64,000 bases of DNA from Takakia lepidozioides (lineage: Eukaryota > Plantae > Bryophyta). Under the pieces are notes generated by a model. The model saw only the letters and a program-made list of their open reading frames with translations. It was not told the origin of the DNA and ran no database searches. How positions within the stretch are numbered: position 1 is the stretch's first letter; every line of letters starts with the position of its first letter. The position numbers were made by a program, and so were the translations under genes. The DNA lies in assembly GCA_030704615.1 (NCBI GenBank), contig CM060733.1, positions 63,054,001 through 63,118,000 on the forward strand, given 5' to 3'. Below, in pieces: positions 13,194 through 25,400 of this stretch.

Positions 13194-16100
13194 TCAAGTA
13201 CTTGGTACCAGACACTCTTGGAAGCCTTGGCGCAAGACTGCCTCATCCAAGTTCTTGCCAATGAAGACAATCTTGTTGATTCGCTTCTCCTCAGGCCCCC
13301 AATTTCTGTCTGGGGAGCCCTCAAGCAAGGAATGTACACCCTGAATCGCCAAACCCACCCAATATCTCAACTAAACACAGCAACAGCATTGACAAAGATA
13401 AATTTCCTCCAGGACAAAAGGTCAATCGCTACATACAAGGTCTGGACTGAAACTTACAATCACCTGACTGTTGATGGATCTTTTGAAATCCTTCAGAATC
13501 AATGAATGGCTGATGTTTTTACAGCCAGGCTGTATGATTGAATGAATCCAAGTATGACATAAACAAAAGAGCTGCAAGATTGCTGATAACCTCTGACTCA
13601 ATGAAATAAAATGGAAGATTGCATGTCCCACTTTGTACATAGATGAACTATCTTTGTGCTGGGTCATAGGGCTTGTCGTGGCTTATCATTTGATATGCGG
13701 AAAATGGACCATAGCCAACTATTAGTTTTCTGAAACAGATGCGCATTAATGCACTTGTTTAAAACATTCTCGACTTAATGAAATTAGAAAAAAAAGCATG
13801 ACTATTCACAGCATATGGGCGTTGCATCTAATAGATTGCCCCCATGGCCAGACATCCTTTGTTCAATGAGGAACATAGCCTACCATCACAGGAGCTACAT
13901 CGACAAAATCTTGAATAATCCCTCCTTCCCCTCTTACATCCATCCAAATTGACTGGAACAAATAGCACCTACTGATGTTCAACTAGTCTCTGCAATGACA
14001 GAAACTCTGCTGGGGCTGTATGCAGTTTCCAAGTTCGAGATAAAGTACTAGGTGCAGGTGCATGCCTGAAAGATGAACCTTTCGTCCCAACCGTCAATGG
14101 TCAAAACCCCCTTTGTTCGGTAGAGGTCCTCACTTCGCTCATTCATCAGGCTTTCCAGCCAGGTGTTTATCTGCACATCACAAGCTTCATGACTTTCATT
14201 TCCCATACTGGAATGACAAACGGGTTTATTCCCCTCAGCCATTGCTACCTTAAAATATTTAACAAGAGCCATCCAGTCTGGGCTGCCACAATCAAACTTG
14301 CTATGATCGGTGAAGAAATTGGAAGTGGAAACTCTACCTTATCCAGATCTAGGGCACCGCCACACACTATGCTGACGGAGGAAACACCTGGGTCATGGGT
14401 GTGATCATGGGCATGGCTATGATTGTGCTCCTTATGACTCTGCTCTTTGCCTGCAATAGAGACCTGAACTAGTTAGACAACGTCCTTGACAATAAGTTGG
14501 CAATACCATGTAGGCCAACCGGGTACAAATATGTTTAGTGTTCAGTGGTTGAAATGTAATGAGGCAACCAAAACCACTTTGAGTTTGCTAAAGGGCATCT
14601 GCACAACTGAAGCACATTTAAAAAATGTAATTCGTGCAAACTCTTTAACTAAGAAATCAATATGTGAAGATCACATGGAGGGGACTGCAGTGACATACCA
14701 CAAAGCCAACAACCCAACACAACTACAACCCTTCACTGGACAACCATTCTTTGGATGAATAATGGGATAGGGAAAAACTATCACCCTAGAAAACAGTAAA
14801 TGTTTTCCATACACTACTGATAATAGATATCACTGTTTTGAAGACATAACATACACCTGCCAATTCAGTTAGGATCAAGGTAACTGTGGACAATCATTTC
14901 CTTATTTACCTCTCAAATAATGATCTTTAGGCTTATACCTGCCAATTTGATAATAAATCTAGACAACGATTTCCTTTTTTTCCTTCTCAAACATAGATCA
15001 TACCAGTATCTTGACTGCAGCCACAATCCTCTGTGTGGACATGGTCATGCTCGTGGTCATCGCCATGCTCAGAGCTGGCATTTTTAGAGGCTTCTTCAGC
15101 AAGAATGTCACTTTCAACCCTACCAAATGATCAGCAATCAAACTTCAGAAAATTGGATGTGGCATGCAAAATATTCCAATGACGGGGGCTCACTACTCCC
15201 TAATGCACACATCAAGGTGGTCAACTACACCTCTGCCCTGAACTATGGAGGGTGAATAACAGTTGATATGTTGTGGGACAACCATCCAGAAGGAATATCA
15301 TGTGGCAGGGCCGGCACACAGGGCAGTGAGTTATGCTCCTCCTCGAACCCTAGATAGGAGAGGCAAATGGCAACAGATAATAGACAATTGGAGTGATGGC
15401 TCCAATATTACACCCATCTAGCTCATGCACATCAACACTGTCATTAGCAGGAAATTCTGCTGCAGTAACTATGCACTTGGACAAAGTGAAGAAACAAACT
15501 TGTCTAAATCAAAGCCTCCAACTCCAAGGACATAGTCCATCTCCACTTTTGCCAATTTTGTGCACTGTACCCGGGCCAATCCGTTGATGCGCTGCAGATA
15601 GCCAAACCAGGGAGTCCCAAAATCAGGTAGAACCATCTTACTTGCAAAATTCTTGCAGTTCAACAAGTAGCTCCCTCCTCCATCAAGTCCTTTCTTTGAC
15701 CGATAAAACTGTGCATACCATAGACTGTGGACCAGAGTCTGCACACGACTCAAAAAAACCTTACCTCTGCCTCCACCCATACTTTGGTGAAGGCCATACC
15801 ATTATACAGATCTGGAAAAAGAAAGATACAGAGGCTAATGACAGTTATGCAGTAAGCAGGTTCCAAACAAGACAACAAAATGACACCTACTCAGGATATA
15901 GACACATTCCATCCTACCTGAATCCGCTGAATGAGACTATCAACATCTGCTTCTTTCACTAGATCAATCTGCATCACCACAATACTGATTAGAATGTTTG
16001 AACAAAATAAATAAACAAAGAAACAATGTTTAACTGGTCAGGTTAACAAACCATTGCTGCCTTTCCTCCAGTTTGAAGTAAGGAGCTCAGGCGAGTAACA

Positions 16101-18252
16101 AAGGTAATGTGATAGAATGTAGTGCAATGTAATGGTGCTGTAATAAAGGTTTTGAAATGCCTGGACATCCAAAGAAAGGATACCAGCAAAGCAGTTCCCC
16201 AAATCAATCACGAACAGAAGATCCCTCGAGGATGTATTCTACATGAACCACTCAATGTTATCCTACAAGATGAGGGGATTTTGACATGATTAAGATACCT
16301 AAAGCCTCTATAGTCGATTTGCAAATCCCGTATAGTCTCACTCGATAAGCCTTGGCAGCAAATAAGAGACTTCGTGGAGACATGAACTACCCACCTTGTT
16401 CAGAATAATCCGGTCCGCGTATGCTATTTGCTCAACTGCCTCATTAACCACACCATCCGGTTTCACCTCCTCAATGTGCTGAGTGGCATGCTTAGCATCC
16501 ACCAGGGTCACCACCCCATCGAGTCGCAAATGATGTGCAAGATGCTCTTCCAAGTAGAATGTCTGGATGATGGGAGCAGGGTTGGCAAGTCCTGATTCCA
16601 CACCAAAAGAGGCCTTGACAAGAGGAAATTCATAACAGTACATGCAACACGCATAAGTTGCATACAGATCAAATGCCTGTTTGACAATCAATTCCTCTAC
16701 ATCAGCAATGAACTGACCTAACAACAGCACCCACCTTCCCTTAACTCCAGAGATCTCTCACACAAGGCTTACAGGTACAAAGAAAGGTTAACAATCTCTT
16801 TGCCATTCTTCCCAGGCCATACAACACCAATCATTTCAACCCTATTAAACATTACCAGAGAGGTATAGGTCCAGGGTGTGCCTTTCGAACCAGTCTCATA
16901 ACCAGCAACAATCTACTAGGAGTAAAGATTAGTAGTGGCCATATTCCAGCACTCGATGAAATTCGCAACCACCCAAGTTACTGTATCTAGAAGGGGTTGT
17001 GACTTCAACTGAGCCTCAACGATCAAAAAGCCAGAGCTGCAACCAAAATCCACACCAATACTGACTCAGAAGCAACTGCAAACGTGGGACAGGATTGCCA
17101 TCAGACTGCTCTCTCACCGGTAGTCTCGATAAGGATATGATCAAACTTGTCTCTCTTCTTCTTGAGGAGATCTCCCAACATGCGCACCAGGTCCCCTCGA
17201 ACTGTGCAGCAGAGGCAACCATTATTGAGCATAATAATCTCATCCTCTCCTTGCTGCTTAGCTGCCACCAGCGAGCCATCTATATCCACCTCACCATACT
17301 GCAAGCAAGAAAATATATGCTTCTGTGTGTTAGCACGTCCGACCAAGCGAGACGGACAAAGAAACCTTCCTTCCAACTGTGACTACCTGCAAGCCAGCGA
17401 TGCCCTGCATTCCCACAATCTGCTGACTATTCCAAGCCCTCAACAAGAATCCAACTCTAAGCAATCGAATAAGACTCCAGCCAGATCCTCTCGATCTTGT
17501 CTCGCGGTCAACCACGTAACTGGAGAAAGCCAAGTTTCCAGGGTAAAGGTATCTACCTCGTTCTCAATGACAGCAATCCGTTTTCCATGCTCTGCAGTCA
17601 GGACATGATTCAAAAGAGTCGTCTGCAGCAATAAAAACAGAAACAGAAGTTGAAAGAGGGTGTAGAAAGACCACCAACTACAAGAAGAAGTAACACATAT
17701 GCCAGTTCCATAGTAGAAAATATCAGCAACATTTTCAATCAAGATTCTTACTGCCGCATTCCGCTGTACATTTCATGTCAATCTTCTTGGGCCAAAACGA
17801 TCGCAAAACAGATGAAAAGTAGAGGCGGGGGTTTGGTTGAGGACTTCTCAGGAAATGAAACAATGCAATCACACCTTGCCTGCACCGAGAAAACCAGTGA
17901 TAATAGTCACAGGCACTCGTGGGTCCTTCATTCCAGGCGGCGGCGGGTCCTGTGCTGTAACATCGACAGGCGCTTCTTCCACACGAGTCGCACCAGCTCT
18001 TGTTGTCAAGTGCCTGCCAACGCCTCCATCTCTGCCTGCCATCCACGACTGGCATCTTAAACCAGCAAGGACAGACATGGACCTGCTACCGCACAGAAAT
18101 CTCCCGGGACAAGAGAGTGACTGTAATCGAGGCAAACCGACCCACACCCGCCAGCCCTGAGGCCACGTATTGGACACACCACTAATCTGTCCTGCTAATT
18201 GAATAGCAGCAGGTAAGGGTGCGCATCCTCGCAAGCAGACAGCCGCCGCCAT
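13194..18252 (-). CDS. COG0523/CobW-family (ZNG1-like) zinc metallochaperone GTPase, 481 aa, probable organellar transit peptide
   Basis: Ten exons: 18252-17875, 17622-17557, 17298-17118, 16591-16395, 15968-15918, 15591-15500, 15119-15004, 14450-14338, 14170-14066, 13340-13194. Total 1446 nt with consistent phases. Motifs: Walker A GFLGAGKT, IENE, GCLCC, ETTGLA, NKID, His-rich linker, CobW_C (YRTKG...FQGVH...VFIGKNLD). An alternative upstream ATG lies at 18288. Confidence 0.93.
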
Positions 18253-19159
18253 AGTCACAGTGTGCTGCAAGGCGCTCCCCGTTCGCATCTTCTCGTGAAA
18301 TGCAGAACCTTGCGGGCTGGGCCTCGAATGAGTGTGTGGCACCCTACACGCCACGGTACAGCAAGATGGATGGATGTATCGGCCCTGGCAAGCCTTCTCG
18401 AAAGTTCCAAAAAATTACTGGCTTCTCTACTGAGAAGTGCTAGTGCTCGAACAAAGATGTTCGACATCCAAGTTGTAGCCCAGGATACCACCTCGGGAGT
18501 GGTTATGGGCCTTGGTGTCACAAAGGTGTCCCCACTCTCCATCTCCTTTTCATTCTCCTTCCCCTTGTCCTTTTCCTTCTCTTTGGACTTGTCTTTGTCC
18601 TTTGGCTTTGCTGGTGAGAAGGCAGTAACCCTTGGGGGGTGAAGAGACCCCATAATTTAGGCTTCCTTAGGGAGGCGTCAAATATTAATTATTTAGCAGC
18701 TCGTGCTCTCCGGATGTACCTTGCCCAGTTAATACCTACCTATCAAGATCATTCCCAATAAATAGCCATTTGCAATATACTCTAGATTTTAATCCGTGTA
18801 TATGGAATACTTTTTGACCACAAACCCTGTCCCTATCCCGCCCCTTATCAATATATGAAGTGAGACGTTTGTTTTGTTTTGTTTTGTTTTGTCACGTTGA
18901 GATGTCCCAAACCGCGAGGCAGCCCCGGTGCTTGGTACCGTTGGAAAGCCCTCGACGGGAGGGATGCACGGGGCTTGGTCTCATGATTTTTGGACGTGCG
19001 GTGTGGGAGATGTGGAATTTCAAGTACTTTGGGTCGCTGGAAATTCGCAAAAAATAGCAAAGTGGGCATTCCTGGACAATGGTCAGAGCCTCCACAAGAG
19101 AGATATCAAGGGAAATGTCTCCGGTTCAAATCTGGTCCTAGATTCTGTGGAAATAAAAT

Positions 19160-19850
19160 GATTAGACTTGGGTGACTTAGATGACATTGGGCCAACGACA
19201 CAGGCTAAACTGGAGGTCATACTTGGGCCTAGACATAGGAGACGCAATTGAATGCATAGGAGATTGCACTTGGGCTTACATGACCATGGGCCAACGGCAT
19301 AGGCTACCCTAGAGGTCGCATTTGGGCCTCGACATAGGAGACGCACTTGGATACATAGGAGATTGCACTTGGACTTAGATTTTAATTCTTCACATATGGG
19401 CCAACGACATAGGCTACACTAGAGGTTGCAATTGGGCCTCAATATAGGAGACGCACTGGGATACATAGAAGATCTTACACTTGGACTTAGATGACACTTG
19501 ACACTTGGGCCCACGGCACATGCTACCCTAGAGGTCGCATTTGGGCCTCGACATAGGAGACGCACTTGGATACAGAGAGGATTGCACTTGGACTTAGATG
19601 ACATTGGACATTTGGGCCAACGGCACAGGCTACCCAAGGCCAGTTTGTTTGTTTGTTTTGTTTTGTTTTGTTTTGTAGCGTTGAGATGTCCCAAACCGCA
19701 AGGCCCTCTACATGGGAGATGCACTTGGATACATAGAAGATTGTGCTTGGGCTTAGATGGGCCTCAACATGGGAGACGCCCTTGGATACATAGAATATTG
19801 CACTTGGTCTTATTATATATCAATTCTTCACACATGGGCCAACGACATAG
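19160..19850. repeat. Degenerate ~100-110 bp tandem repeat, also present at 35023-35165
   Basis: Recurring unit GGGCCAACGGCATAGGCTACCCTAGAGGTCGCATTTGGGCCTCGACATAGGAGACGCACTTGGATACATAGG. Confidence 0.8.
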
Positions 19851-21199
19851 CACTACAACATATCGTGGTATATCTGACTGCCGAGCCGTGGTAGTCATGG
19901 TTTTTTTGACTTTGACCATGACTTCCCTATATTTTTGGACCAAATGGGGCTTCACGTAGTGGTTGAAATGACTACGTGACTACGTAGTCCTCTGGGCGAC
20001 TACTTTGGTAGATGTCGTCTTGACTGCATGGCTCCGCACTAGACGGTGGTTGGTCAACGATGGTTGACCAGCGCGAGCTCACCACCAAATAGTCGCCCGA
20101 ATGACTTCTAGTGCAAGCCTGGTAGCCAAAAGGTTAAAAAGTTAAAAAAATTGCTTATAGGGTTGCCCATGAGGGGCGTGGGATGGAGGCTTTGCAGTCC
20201 TATTCTTGAGCTACTGATGCAGGAAGGGGCAAAGCGCAACCTGCACTGCAACCGCAATGGGCTCTTGGCTCCTATTAGTACCATGATTTGGTATTCTTCT
20301 TGATGTTTACAAGGTTCTTGGGAGAGACAGCTTGGTCTTAGCATTCCGTGCTTCAATCGACGCCCGCTCAGCTGCACTATGGTGGTTCTCACAGACCAAT
20401 CCGACATTACCTGACTATAGACACAAGCAACACACACAAGAGGTCCTATTGTTCATGGTCAGTCAAATCCTCCATGGGACCCAAGGTCGAGGACAATGTG
20501 GTGAGGGCACCTTCTTCTTCGACCTATTTCAACCTGTTTTGACCTCTCATCAGATTCGGCCTTGAATTTCTTCACGATGGTGGGACAACCGCAATCACAA
20601 GGTGTGGCTTTTTCTTAATGTAGATTGTAAAGTTCTAAGTTAGTCCATCCTGCAAATGTGGGCTCTTGGCTCCTATTATGATTTGGTATTTTTCCTAATG
20701 TTTACAAGGTTCTTGGGAGAGTCAGCTTGGTCTTAGCAGGCCGCGTTTCAATCTCTGCCCGCTCAGCTGTGGAAGTCGCAGCAGCAGCGGCACAATTGAT
20801 AAAATGAGGCACTGCTACTCAAGGCACCTTCTTCAACACATTTCACCCTGTTTTCCCCTCTTATCAGAATCGGCCCTAAATTGGTGAGGGCACCTTTTTC
20901 TTCAACCTATTTCAGTCTGTTTTGCCCTCTCATCATTAGGGTTGGGGTGTTTGCTGGAAGAGGGCCGGATTTCAAGCACAAGATTACCTATGATTCCCTA
21001 TGGATCCATTGCTACAAGAAACCTGCATGGGTAGATGGTGAGCTGAAAGCAGCAGCGGCACAATTGCTACAATTAGACACTGCTAATGAAGGCAACCTTC
21101 TTCAACACATTTCACCCTGTTTTTTCCTCTTATCAAAATCGGCCCTAAATTTTCAGGTTGAATTTCTGTAAGTTACTGGTTGAGTGAACCTTTGATAGT

Positions 21200-22499
21200 T
21201 TGCAATGCGTGTGCAAGCCTGGCAGCTCTGGAGAAGGGCAAAGAGGTCCATGGCGACATTGTCAGAGCTATAATTGTACCACATGTCATTCTGAACAATA
21301 CCCTCGTGGACAAGTATGAAGGGAGTGTTCGACAGAATGGCTGAACAAGATGTGGGTGTCATGGAGTGCGATGATTGCAGGATATGCACAGCGAGGGCGT
21401 GGGATGGAGGCTTTTGAGAACTGTGAACAAATGATGTGCGAAGGGGAGAAGCCCAACCACATCATATTTGTTTGTGTTTGCAATGCGTGTGCAAGCCTGG
21501 GAATCCTGGGAAAGAGGAAAGAGGTCTATGGTGACATCGTCAAAGCTGGAATTGTACCAGATGTCATCCTAAACACTGCTCTGGTGGACATGTTTGTCAA
21601 ATGTGGGTGCATTCAGGATGCGAAGGGAGTTTTCCACACTCTGGCTGAACGAGATGTGGTGTCGTGGAACGCCATGCTTGTAGGGTATGCACAGTAGGGG
21701 CACGAGATGGAGGCTTTGGAGACCTCTGAGCAAATGATTGGGGAAGGGTGAAGCCCGACCACATCAGGTTTGTGTGCGTTTGCAGTGCGTGTGCAAGCCT
21801 GGCAACCTTGGAAAAGGGCACAACCATCGCCAAAGCTGAAATTGTACCAGATGTGATTCCATATGGATCAATAGCTACAAGAAACCAGCATGGTAGATGG
21901 TCGACCAAATGCTACAGCTGCAGCGACACAGTTCATAAGTGCCAGAAGAGGCATTGTGGACTTCCTCTCTTGATCCTCTTTCATAACCTGTGGTCATGGT
22001 TGAATCTGCAGACTGACAGAGGCTCTACAGACTTTAAACCAATGAGGCATTTCAGCAGATTCAGGTACATATGTCTGTCCCTTGCTTAAGTGCATCAAGA
22101 TGGAGGGTCTGACGCTGGAAAGCAGGTGCACACTTATATTATCCAAAGTAGATGCACGCCAAATGTTTTTCTACTCAACACCCTTGTCTCCATGTATGTT
22201 AAGTGCGGGAGCATCATGGATGCTCACTAAGTGTTCAAGCCTCAACGATCTTTGATCACGTGGAATATAATGTTGGCAGGAGTTATCAAGCATGGGTGTG
22301 GTAGGAATGCTTTGGAGACCTATGAGCAACTGCTGCGCGAAGGGGTGAAGCTCAACCACATCACGTTTGTTTGTGTTTGCAATGCGTGTGCAAGCTTGGG
22401 AGCTCTGGAAAAGGGGAAAGAGGTCCATGGTGACATCATCAAAGCTGGATTTGTACCAGATGTCATTCTGAACACTGCCCTGGTGGACATGTATGCCAA
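21200..22499 (+). pseudogene. PLS-class PPR pseudogene, left part (continues at 29389)
   Basis: P/L/S motifs (VSWSAMIAGYAQ, VILNTALVDMFVKCG, DAKGVFHTLAERDVVSWNAM) with stops and frameshifts. Broken at DMYA|KCG by the CACTA insertion. Confidence 0.85.
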
Positions 22500-25400
22500 C
22501 ACTACAACAGATTGTGGCTTTTACGTCTTTGTGTTATGACTGCAAATGCAGTTATGGAAGCCATTTACGACTTCCTGACTCTGAAGACGTAAAAGCCTAG
22601 TCAGTTGTGACATGGCAGATATGACTCTCCAGGCTGGCTGTGACATGGCGCCTGAGCAGCTGTGGGGGTAGTCATACACGCTGGCTTTACGAATGACTGA
22701 ACGGACAGTGTAGTCCATGTCAGCGGTTGTGCAAGAGTGACACGTGCTTGATACAGAAAATGACACATGGCAGAGTGTTCGCTCTCTATGATAGTGAACT
22801 ATGACTACGGGCGTGCTAATTTGATTGCAACACGTGGCGTGTTGCAATTTTTACACGTGGTCCCTCAGCAGATTGACATGTGTCATGATGGGTGTTTTTT
22901 TGGGTATAATGCTATTTTTTTTTACATATTTGTATTTCCACCACGTGGTGTAGTACTATTGGAGAGTGAAAATAGATGTAGTCATTATTATGACTATGAT
23001 AGAAGTCATATGTCTATTACAACAATGAAATATAATATATAATACAAACAGGACAAGGCAGCAAAACATAACTGCAACAAGTTGAGCAAAACCAAGAGAT
23101 TGTACACCTTCTCTATTTATCAATCTATTTATCATTATCATTTTTGTCGCGATCTAAAAATACATAAAATAGTCATATGTTCTCATGTGAATTATATTGT
23201 CTAACTGTAACACTTTGAAAAGTGTTCACCCAAATCTTCTAACTACTCGTGTATTCCATCAATCTGCAACCCATCAAAAACTAGGGCTTGCATGGCTTTA
23301 AGAATCACTACAACAAGGACATCTGTTTGTTTTCCAAGTTCTTGCATAAGATGCACCAAGCAACATTGCATTGTGAGACACTCACTCACTATACTCCAAA
23401 GCGTCTAGGGAAGGTCACTGAGCAACCTGCCAAGGCGGAAACAATTAAGAGAATTATCTAATACCATATATGAAAAACCAATGCCAGTGTTGTTTATGGT
23501 AACTTCTATCCCATGGACTCCTAAACAAACCAAAGCAAACAGGTTGGTGTGTGTTGGCGAAGTCAGATACTTCACAAAGAAACATGCACTAAAAATGAGA
23601 GCCAGGAGGATAGGAAGGTCACTCACGTTTATACAAAGACGTCTTGCCCACTGCCCAGCACCCTGCGTCACCCACACTCTATCTCTACTCCTTCAGCTAT
23701 CCATGCCTCTGCACAAATCAAGCATTCATCCTTGCCTTGCTGCTAACAAATGACAATGACAGCCTACATTTGGAATAGAACACCCAACTCAGCGTAGCAC
23801 ACTAGGCGTTATGCTGAATTGCGTCTGCTACTCTCTGAAATGTAGCAGGCATTCACCTTTCTGCCCCGGTTGACCCATCAGTGACTGGGCTCATATAAGT
23901 ATTTGTTATTCATCTCCGTTACCTGTTTTTTGATACTTTCCTGTTGTCACATTGGCAGTATCATGTCAAAGTCACTCCAAACTAAATTCACTCAACCAGC
24001 TAACTTGCAGAATTGAACATGGCAATTTAGGGCCGATTCTGATAAGAGGGAAAAACAGGGTGAAATGTGTTGCAGAAGATGGCTTCATTAGCAGTGCCTG
24101 ATTTTATCACTTGTGCCGCTGCTGCCAGTTGACCATCTACCCATGTAGGTTTCTTGTAGCTATTGATCCATAGGGAGTCACAAGTAATCTTGTGCTTGAA
24201 ATCTGGCCCTCTTGGATGAATTTGGACCCACACGAAATCCCTGCTCCTTCAGCTATCCATGCCTCTGCACAAATCATGCATACATCCTCGCCTTGCTGCT
24301 AGCAGGTGACAATGACAGCCTAGAATTGTCAAAGCAAACACTAGCAGGGAAAATATGTTGAAGAAGGTACCTTCACCCCTTTCCCCATCATTTGCTTTCA
24401 GGTCTCCAAAGCCCCATCCCGCGCTCCTGCTCTGCACACCCTGCAAGCATCGCATTCCACGACACCACATCTCGTTCAGCCATACTCCCTTGGCATCCTC
24501 AATGCTCCCACATTTAGCATACATGGCCACCAGAGCAATGTTCAGGATGACATCTCGTGCTCTCTCTTTTTATGTCTCTCTAGTCATTCACGGCCAGAGA
24601 AACAGCAGGATTGCGCACCTGATTGTGCAGAGGTTCAGAAACACAGCCACCATGTCACCATGGACCTGCCAGGCCAAGATCCACTCAACCAGCTAACTTA
24701 CAGAATTCAACATGAAAATTTAGGGCCGAAAAACAGGGTAAAATGTGTTGAACAAGGTACCTTGATTAGCAGTGTCTGAATTTATCAATTGTGTCGCTGC
24801 TTCTGCAGCTTCCAGTTGATCATCTACCCATGCAGGACCTATGATGGACCTCTGTGCCCTTTCCCAGAGCTGCCAGGCTCGCATTGGGCATACATGTCCA
24901 CCTGGGCATAGTTCAAATGACATGTGGTACAATTCCAGCTTTGACATTGATACCATGGATCTGCTCCATTTTCTAGGGCTGCCAGGCTCGCATTTGGCAT
25001 AGATGTCCACCAGAGCAGAGTTCAGAATGACATCTAGTACATTTCAGCTTTCACAATATCACTGTGGACCTGTCCGTCCATTCCACAGCAAGGTAACATT
25101 GCGCCATCGCCACCAACACGCCACCTCCAGCACAGCTAAGGAGAAGCGAAGCATACAAATGCTAGGTTTAAGAAGGGAGAGAGAGCGATATACTTCCCCA
25201 CCAAAGTGCCGCTGCGAAACATAAAAGCCAGAGGAGGGAAAAGGACGATGTCATCACAGCGGGTTCTCCCGCCTGTGAGAAGAGACAAGACGCCGCCATT
25301 GCGCATCCCCAGGAGCTCGTCCGGCATGAAGCAGCAGAGATCAGACGCCATAACTCGCGAGCTCAGCAGCACGAGGAATGCAGCTGACAGCGGGAGAGAC

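Noticed and set aside
19851-20113. Complete small CACTA element (CACTA...TAGTG)
   Set aside because: Flanks TAG and CAA do not form a TSD and the TIR match is only 5 bp. At most a remnant.
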